Shown piece after piece: positions 54,339 through 64,000 of a stretch of DNA of 64,000 nucleotides. The stretch covers positions 80,166,001 to 80,230,000 of the forward strand of contig OX597819.1 of assembly GCA_951406725.2 (NCBI GenBank), written 5' to 3'. The position numbers and the translations under genes were made by a program. Within the stretch, counting starts at the first letter, position 1. Every line of letters starts with the position of its first letter. The notes beneath the pieces were generated by a model, which did no database searches, was not told the origin of the DNA, and worked only from the letters and a program-made list of their open reading frames with translations. Source of the DNA: Octopus vulgaris. Lineage: Eukaryota.

Positions 54339-55671
54339 GTATGTATGTATGTATGTATTCAGGTAACTATGTATAAACAGGTGCGTTTATAGTAAAACAC
54401 GTTCATTGTCGCAGTTAAATTGCAGTAAAACCATTTTATGTTAACGTTGACATATTTTAATAATTTTTAATGGATGTATTTTATGTTGCCTCTTGGAAAA
54501 CTTGTGTTTCTTTTGTACTGAGCTCATAGTACAATAATGAAGATGTAATTTCTGTTAGGGTTACTGTTGTAGATTTTCTTTGTCATCTTCACTTTTAGCT
54601 CCAGATATGCTTGAATCAAGCAAACATATGAAGAATATGAATGGAATTCTAGCTATGACCATCCTATTTTTCCTTAGCTTTCTAGAGACAATGTATCTCA
54701 CACTATGTTATTCACTAGCCTTATCCTTTTAGGATGATAAGCCGTGATCAGAAAGTAAGCTACACCCAGTGTTTCCTCACAGTGGATAGTCGTCTTTCTG
54801 TAGTTATATTTGGTTTGTTTTTGTCGTTGTTTAGCTACATCACAGTTCTGACTCAGCAGAACAATTATCAATGGTATTGCATCCACATAAATATACAACG
54901 ACTGAAAGAAATAAACGGGCATAATTATTATTTCTTTGTTAGAAAACATGAAGCTATGTGGACTAGTGGTAAGGATATTCGGTCAGAGTTCAATTCTTGC
55001 AAACGGCTCACGCGTTGCGTCCTTAAGCGAGACACTTTATTTCCCGTTGTTCCAGGCGATTCAGTTATAATGAATACCGGCCTGGTGCTGAGGCAGCTCT
55101 CTCACTCTCTGTCTCTCTCTCTCTCTTGCTCTCTCTCTCTCTCTCTCCCTCTCTCCAAATTGCGCATGAACAAGAAGGCGAAGAGGATGTCTATATCTGC
55201 CCACAAACACAGAGTCACCAGAAACAATTAGCGAATGACGTCTACTTATAATTGTGACTTCAGATTTCAGACAATTACAACAGAATATTCTAACATACAT
55301 ACGATGTAACGCTAAATAACTACAGCAATAACCCCGAGGCATCCTATCATCGGTAAAAATTGTTGAAACATGAACCACGACTACAACTGAAAACACTAAA
55401 AAATATCACGTACATATAGATAGATAGTCAGACGAAGAAGTTACAAAGAAGCTGGGTAGGTAGATAAGTTATATCTGAGCGACACTGAAAACAGAAGTGA
55501 AACGATTAAGTCCAATATTCTCAAATTTATTGTGTAATAACACGACATTATTATCCGAAAGTTAAGCGAAGTATTATACGCGTTCGACTTCCAAATACAC
55601 TTATAACTCTCAAAAATTTAATAGGTGTGCGTGCGCTCACACATACACACACAGATATGTATGTATATATC

Positions 55672-55772
<101 letters not shown>

Positions 55773-55838
55773 CATATATATTATATATAAATGAGTGTAC
55801 ATGTATATATGTAAATCTGCGTATATATATAAATATAA

Positions 55839-55951
<113 letters not shown>

Positions 55952-55956
55952 CATAC

Positions 55957-56012
<56 letters not shown>

Positions 56013-56169
56013 CAGTAAGAAGATATTCAATGAAATAAAAAAGGACAAGAAATTAACAATGTAAAAGAATGCAAGCTTTATTTTTTTTTATATGGAAATA
56101 TGAATAGTTCTGTTAAACGTCTGTATGCGCTTTGAATGTATATTTGTATATCTATCTATCCATATATTG

Positions 56170-56372
56170 GCATGGCTGTGTGGTAAGTAGCCTGATTCAC
56201 AACCACACGGTGCCGTGTTCAGTCCCGTTCAAGTGTCCTCTAGTATAGCCTCGGGCTGACCAAAGCCTTATGAATGGATTTGGTAGACGGAAATTGAAAT
56301 AAGCCCGTCGTTTAAGGCGGTGCTCCAGCATGGCTGGGGTCAAGTGACTGAAATGTGTAAAAGAATAAAAGA
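56170..56372 (+). mobile_element. SINE family A with internal deletion
   Basis: Head tggctgtgtggtaagtag joined to the 3' end aaggcggtgctccagcatgg. Confidence 0.8.
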
Positions 56373-56454
56373 ATAAAATAATAACATATACATATACACA
56401 CACGTACATACACATACAATCATACACATAATCGCACACGCATACATATATCTA

Positions 56455-56565
<111 letters not shown>

Positions 56566-56644
56566 GTATATATATGCATAGCTAGCACTCGTTGAGTTAA
56601 AATGTAAGTTGCTGAGCATTCTACGTATATGTGTACCCTTAACG

Positions 56645-57040
56645 TACGAGGCTAGGCTGAAAAGTTCAAAGGGTGACTACGAAGGTGTGACGCTGGAGTT
56701 GTGAATTTTGCGTGCATTGATTTCAATCCTTGTTCTTAATAACTGTATTGTTTCTCTTTAGGTAAACTGACATCTGACTATTCAAAGAAGTCTTTAAATG
56801 TAACTTGTAGCAATCTCACTTGAAAACTGACCAAATTTAGCATTGTTGTGTTTTCAAGTACCTACATATAAATGGTTTAACCCCTTGGGACATTCATCCT
56901 GGCATGTGTGCTACATTAGATGATGCTAGTTTTATCAACAGTGCAAAAATGGGCAATTGAATTCAGAAGGGCGAGGGAGAGCCTTGAAGATGACCCAAAG
57001 TCTAGATGTCCTGCAACAACCACCGCTGCGAAAACAATGA
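56645..57040 (+). mobile_element. Mariner-family DNA transposon 5' remnant
   Basis: TIR-like tacgaggctaggctgaaaagttc; KYLHINGLTP.DIH..; [26 protein letters not shown] (mariner HTH, ..R.GRP motif). Confidence 0.85.
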
Positions 57041-57095
57041 TCGTGTATGTATATATATATATGTGTGTGTGTGAGTGTATGTATGTTTGTATGTA

Positions 57096-57176
<81 letters not shown>

Positions 57177-57190
57177 GCGTGTGTGTGTGT

Positions 57191-57447
57191 GGAGGCGCGT
57201 GGCTTAGTGGTTAAGGTGTCACCATCATGATCATAAGATTGTGGTTTCGATTCCTGGACCGAGTGATGCATTGTGTTCTTGAACAAAACACTTCATTTCA
57301 CATTGCTCCAGTTCACTCAGCTGGCAAAAATGAGTAACGCTGCGATGGACTGGCGTTCCGTCCAGCTGGGGAACACATACGGCATAGAAACCGGGAAACC
57401 GGGCCCATGAGCCTGGCTAGGCTTTAAAAGTGAGCATTTATTTTATT
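57191..57447 (+). mobile_element. tRNA-derived SINE family C
   Basis: A and B boxes; matches 41479-41720. Confidence 0.9.
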
Positions 57448-57499
57448 TTTATTATATATATATGTGTATATATATATGTCTCTCTCTCTCTCTCTCTCT

Positions 57500-57540
<41 letters not shown>

Positions 57541-58280
57541 CATATACTCACATAAGATGGCCTCCACACAATACCTGTCTTCTAAATTAACTCACAAGAC
57601 ATTTATCGTCCCAAAATTATAGTAGAAGACTGTTGCCCAAGGTGCCGGGCAGTGAGACCGAACCCGAAACCTCATTGTTGTAAAAGGATTTAACTTCCTA
57701 AAAATTCAGTCCATGTTACCAATATCGTAACTACATCGTTACGTTATTTTAAAACATGTTTAACGTTATAAATTATATTGTTACTTTATAAGCATGTCTC
57801 CACATTATATCTACAGTATAACTTCACTGCTGTGTGATTGCATCATTTTGAAATTATACCTATATAGTTAGGTTGTAGCTATAAAGTTAAATAATAATTA
57901 TATAATTACTCTATAGCTTCATACCTGCGTTATAATTATACAATTACATTATAGCTGTATAATCACATTATATTTTCAATGTATAACATCAAGGAGGAAA
58001 GATGTTAAAAGTTATAATATAATGTAAATAAGAAAGAATACGTAGACGACCATAGTAGTACACGCAATCTGGAGTCATTGTTGCATTTTGGGGTAATTGT
58101 TCCGACTTTGTGGACTCCGAGTTCGTATTACGCTGAGGTTAACTTTGTCTCTCGTCATCGCGGGAACTGATAAGTGAAGTGTTAATCCGTTATAAAGGTC
58201 GAGTGTCCTCTGTGTTCCTCTCTCTCACTTTTTCCCCGCTCCCGCTTGTCCTTTATTCTAGATTCTATTTGTGAGAGATA

Positions 58281-58441
58281 GAAGAAGAAGAAGAAGAAGA
58301 AGAAGAAGAAGAAGAAGAAGAAGAAGAAGAAGAAGAAGAAGAAGAAGAAGAAGAAGAAGAAGAAGAAGAAGAAGAAGAAGAAGAAGAAGAAGAAGAAGAA
58401 GAAGAAGAAGAAGAAGAAGAAGAAGAAGAAGAAGAAGAAGA
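58281..58441. repeat. Pure (GAA)n, ~53 units
   Basis: Seen directly. Confidence 0.97.
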
Positions 58442-59260
58442 AAGGACACATTAGATAGTCTTGCAAAAAGACAGGATTGTTGCAGCCGGGATACAATTGG
58501 TCTGAGATATGCTCATTCAAGATGGATCTAGGACTAAACAACTACTACAGACCATACAATGGAAACTGGCAATCAAACTACAATCTAGCCAAACAGCCGA
58601 ATATAAACCAACCACATGAACCAGTCCGCACATGCACCAACAAACAAACTCGCGCGAACACCATCTGTAGAGGAACAGTCTCCTCTCTCACACACACATA
58701 CACATGCAACGAAATAGCTAACCTACACTAAAAGAACCCACACTCACAAAGAACAATCCAACCGTTATTAACCCACACATTCATCTGCCAACACCACCAG
58801 CAAGTAAAAGAATTAAGTAACAACAACAAAAAAAAGATACCAAAACGAGGTACGTCAAATGACGATGTGCTTAGGCGACGACATGGCGTTTGCATACGTA
58901 GTGTCAGTGTCGGCAGGATGGTGCGAGGCGAAATATTTCTAACATTGCCATCAGCGCCATGTTTCCCTCTCTCTCTACCTCTCTCTACTTTGCTCTCTCT
59001 GTCATTTTTTTTCTCTTTTTCTTCCTCTCTCACATTTTTTCTTACTCAATCTCCGTTGCTCATAGATATATTCAGGTCGTATCCCCTGTTCACTTTCTAT
59101 CATTCTATCTCTCCTTCTCCACCTTTCATTCTCACATCATAAAGCGCATTCTCTTAAGTAAACGATCGTATGTTACTATAAGCTAGTATATGTATATATG
59201 TATGCATGTATGTATGTTTATAAGTGTGTGTGTGTGCGCGCCTGTATATTATGTGTATGA

Positions 59261-59314
<54 letters not shown>

Positions 59315-59449
59315 GTATATATATATACATACATACATATATGCATACATACATACATACATATACACACATATATATATACATGTACATATATATATGT
59401 GTATATATATATATACATATATACATATACATATGTACATGTATATATA

Positions 59450-59495
<46 letters not shown>

Positions 59496-59621
59496 CGTAC
59501 GTACATACATCAAGCACGCATATATACGTGCTTATATATGTGTATGTGTAAAATTTACACATGAAATAATTCCGTACAAATACGTACTTAGGCATGCGCA
59601 ACAGCACAGGACCTTCGCACA

Positions 59622-59662
<41 letters not shown>

Positions 59663-60102
59663 CAACATGAACAGATAGACGCACACATAGAATAACTGCG
59701 AACATTCGAAGTAAAGATAGAAGTGACGGCAAATGGCATGTGTCGGCACGAGTCATATTCAGACTTTATGACATGGCAAAGTAACTTAACTGGCAAGGCG
59801 GGAAAATCTTTGATAAAATTGTCAAAATTTATGTCGGATACCATCTTAGTAACTTTGAAAAGCAAAATGGAGGAAGGGAGGAGTGGAAGATGTTCTACCT
59901 TACTTGCTTACTCCTCTTTTTCTACCTGCTTCTCTCTCTCGCAATCTTACAACATGGCATTTGGTTCTCGGTTTTACAAGTCATCTTTGCCTTTCGTTAA
60001 ACGTCCAGTTGTACATTCATATTTACATGCTTACGTACATGCGTACATAAATACTTACATGCATGCATGTACGTATGTATGCATGTATGCCACACACTCC
60101 CT

Positions 60103-60160
<58 letters not shown>

Positions 60161-60182
60161 AAATAATAATAATAATAATAAT

Positions 60183-60400
60183 CCTTTCTACTAAAGTCAC
60201 AAGTTCAGCAAGTTCGAAGGAAGGAGGGAGTAAATCGATTACATCGGCCCCAGTGTTCCACTGGTACTTATTTCATTGATCCGAAAAGGATAAATGGGGA
60301 AGTTGACCATGGCGGAATTTTAACTCGGAATGTAAAGGTGGGTGAATTACCGTTAAATATTTTGCTCGACGTACTAACGAATCTGCCAGCTCGCCACCTT
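60183..60400 (-). mobile_element. SINE family B
   Basis: Family core and head tctgccagctcgccacctt. Confidence 0.8.
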
Positions 60401-60419
60401 AATAATAATAAGAAGAAAC

Positions 60420-60885
60420 ATGACAGAATATTTGGTAAAAAGAAAACAAGACTTGCTATAGTATGCTGCTAATGCAGGGGGATTTATCAAAAATGGACTT
60501 GAGAGTGCTCATGAATTCCGATCAAGAACAGCCAACGAGAAAGAAGAAACCCTACGCCGCCTGATGAGCTTCCCTGCGAAACCAACAAATTAAAAGACCA
60601 GAAAGCATTATGGAGGTGGTTTAACAAAGGTGACCTAAAAAAGAACACCGAAAGCCTAATCATCGCTGCCCAGGACCAGGCATTGAATACCAACTCAGTA
60701 AAAAAGAATATATACCACACAAGTGCAATGGACCTCTGCAGAATAAGTGGGAAGTAGGTCGAAAGCGTGACTCACAATGTTAGTGCTTGTGTAAATCTTG
60801 CGCAGAAAGAGTACAAGTATAGACACGACAAGGTAGCCCAAAAACCTCCACTGGTTACCTTGCCGTAAGTATGGATATGAGGTTC
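60420..60885 (+). mobile_element. Degenerate R4/Dong-like LINE fragment
   Basis: WRWFNKGDLKKNTESLIIAAQDQALNTN..CRISGK*VESVTHNVSAC..LAQKEYKYRHDKVA. Confidence 0.88.
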
Positions 60886-61227
60886 GAATATACCTCAAGC
60901 TAAATGCCCTTCAAGTCGCATAACATAGTTTTTAACTTCTAAAAAGTATTAAGCTGAAGGGGTCTGCAAGGTTTGGTTCCTGTTGGGCCTGGGATTCATG
61001 GACTTTAGGTGAAAATGTGCTAAAAATACCCGCGAGCCCCATTCTCATTTTACTCTTTATAAATATGTTTTAACGTGGAAATATTAATATAAATGACTGT
61101 TTTCTTTTTTCTTCGCCTGTATTTTCAGTCTTCTAGTACCAATATACGTTGTGCTGGTTTTCTACAAACTTCGTTGTGCAAAAGATACCAACTGGTCACC
61201 ATTTTCAAGATTCCCTTCATAGAAGAG

Positions 61228-61668
61228 CAGGCGTGGTAAAAAGGTAACTTTCCAACCACATGATTCCAGACTAAGTCCTGTTGTGTGGCAACTTGTCCAA
61301 GTATCTTCTGCTATAGCCTCAGGCCGACCAGAGCCTTGTGAATGGATTTAGTAGAACGAAACTCAAAGAATCCAGTTGTATATGTGTCTTTGTGTGTCTT
61401 TATGTTTGTGTGTGTGTGTGTGAGTGTGTGTGTGTTTGTGCGTGTGTGTCTTTTTGTCTGTGTTTGTCCTCCACAACCACTTCATAACCGGTGTTGGTTT
61501 GTTTACGTTCTCGTAACTTAGCGGTCCAGCAAAAAGAGGCCGATAGAATAAGTACAAGGTTAAAAGAAAAAAAAAGCAGAGAAAGTACTGGCGTCGACTC
61601 ATTCGACTTAAAGTTCTTCAAGGCGGTGCCCCAACATGGCCGCAGTCTAATGACTGAAAGAAGTAAAT
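61228..61668 (+). mobile_element. SINE family A, full-length with internal (TG)n
   Basis: Colinear with the other family A copies. Confidence 0.88.
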
Positions 61669-62335
61669 ATATAAACGATACAAGAGAATTACTATGTCCT
61701 CGAACCGGAAATGTTATTGGTTTGTCTTTGAGAGAAGAGCGGACGCTGGTAATGTAGGAAGCGACTACTAACAATTGTTTTTATCATGATCTTTTAGGTG
61801 AAAATTTTGAAGATAAACGACGTATTTATATAATAGGAGGCGCTGCATTTCGAGACAATACGAAACATTGTCGATTGTTACTACAAATAAGATTCTAATC
61901 CTTTCGGTAAAGAAAACGCCGGATTATATTATGATGGTTGACCCTATTAAGGCCTATATGACAATAGCTAATAACGAGGGTGACTCTGCTGCTATTTCTT
62001 GAAGTCTTTTCGCTTATTCGTCATATCATGATAATGGATGATAAAGCAGACAATAATCGTGACGTTACTGGTGGTGACGACAATGACAACGACGATAATA
62101 TCGACGACGACGACGACGTCGACGATGATGATGAAAATATTGATAACGATAATGCTTACAGATGTCGACGACGATGACAATGTTCAAAAGACGACACCGT
62201 CGACATATGTGATGACGGAAAAAGTCGGAATGAGAGAATTAATTTAATACATAAATGCATTCATGGCGAAGAGACGTCAATAATAGTCGATAAGGCCAGT
62301 TTACTATCATTATTATCAGTCATTATTGTTATCAC

Positions 62336-62390
<55 letters not shown>

Positions 62391-62532
62391 GCTCTGCTGT
62401 TGATGTTCGTGTTGTCGTTGTTCATATTATTATCGACGCCGTTGGTGTCGTTGCAGTCACAACAAATGGCGTTTTTGATTGGAGCTATTAATATCACTGT
62501 CACCCTGGTGGCAAATAAATGAAATCAACATC

Positions 62533-62692
62533 CTCATTCTTCTTCTTCTTCTTTCTCCTCCTCCTCCTCCTCCTTCTTCTTCTTCTTCTTCTTTCTTCTT
62601 CTTCTTCTTTCTTCTCCTCCTCCTCCTCCTTCTTCTTTCTTCTTCTTCTTCTTCTTCTTCTTCTTCTTCTTCTTCTCCTCCTCCTCCTCCTC

Positions 62693-62738
<46 letters not shown>
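62533..62738. repeat. Compound (CTT)/(CCT)/(ATT) trinucleotide array with internal duplication
   Basis: Seen directly. Confidence 0.92.
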
Positions 62739-62739
<1 letters not shown>

Positions 62740-63165
62740 TCACACCCCAGATATTGCTGGCCTTGTGTTAAAATTTGCAACCATTACTATCATTATTATT
62801 GCTGTTGTTATTAGTATCGCCATGATCATCATCATCATCAACATCATCATGAAGAAGAACAACAACAACAGCGGTAACAACATCAATGATATAACAAATA
62901 CCAAAATTCAAATGACACATACACCTCGGTTCAATCTAATTAGCCTAGCTTTCTAATAGATGTAATGACGTGTTTAGTGTCAACGTTTGCCAGGTGATGC
63001 TGCCGCCATTAATCCATGATGCCAAAGTGGGGACCATTTCTTCAAGACTGCCTGATTTCACATGGCTCAATGAGCGGAAAACAGATACAGTCGCATACAC
63101 ACTTACACACACATATATATATATATACGCACGCACGATATATGTGATATGTGAGTGTATGTGTT

Positions 63166-63284
<119 letters not shown>

Positions 63285-63385
63285 ATGCATATACATGAAT
63301 ATATATATGTATATATATATATATACATATATACATATATGTGTATATATGCATATATATATATATACACACACACACACATATA

Positions 63386-63439
<54 letters not shown>

Positions 63440-63569
63440 CATGCTCGATGTGCATAACCATACTAATGCATAATCTACATTCGAGAAAACTTGCATATGC
63501 ATTCTTACACACGTTGCACATGCACATAAATATAAAACACCTTCACACACATGCATACACACATACAGG

Positions 63570-63623
<54 letters not shown>

Positions 63624-63666
63624 GTGTGTGTGTGTGTGTGTGTGTCTCTCTTTCTCTCTGTATGTA

Positions 63667-63740
<74 letters not shown>

Positions 63741-64000
63741 AAGAGAGATGTACATACACACAGATACACACAGGCAAACGCATACAGATACATATATACA
63801 TTCTAATATATACACCCACATACATATACACGCACATACACACATATATGTTCATGCATATATATACTCTCATTCCTAAACACACAATATAAACAAGTTT
63901 CAAATTGTTTTTATTGATGAATAATGGATTCCATCAGTTTAATTAATTTCCGAAACCATTCTCTCCCCCACGGACCCTCATCAATCCCACACCTTACCTG

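Noticed and set aside
58182-58541. Poly-R / poly-F / poly-L ORFs
   Set aside because: Pure (GAA)n repeat
60561-60590. CTGATGAgcttccctgcGAAAc hammerhead-like string
   Set aside because: Lies inside decayed LINE coding sequence; only a 2-bp stem II and no stem III or stem I

Overview
AT-rich, microsatellite-dense eukaryotic intergenic or intronic DNA. The repeat complement (three tRNA-derived SINE families; long TA/CA/GA/TAA/GATA arrays) is typical of an Octopus genome; this is an inference from pattern recall, not a database result. I can support no host protein-coding exon, and almost all listed ORFs are translated microsatellites. The real content is transposable elements: two Penelope-like element (PLE) RT remnants, one split in-frame by a Helitron; a 5'-truncated PLE with long inverted pseudo-LTRs; a cluster of R4/Dong-like LINEs stacked in (TAA)n; pogo-like and mariner DNA transposon remnants; two non-autonomous Helitrons; and many SINEs. 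The main hidden signal is more than a dozen hammerhead-ribozyme (HHR)-like motifs on both strands. Most are minimal type I motifs with a palindromic or very short stem III. They include a G3:C8 core variant, motifs capping long hairpins, and a ~353-bp HHR-delimited tandem unit resembling a non-LTR retrozyme. Coordinates were read by eye and may be off by a few bases.
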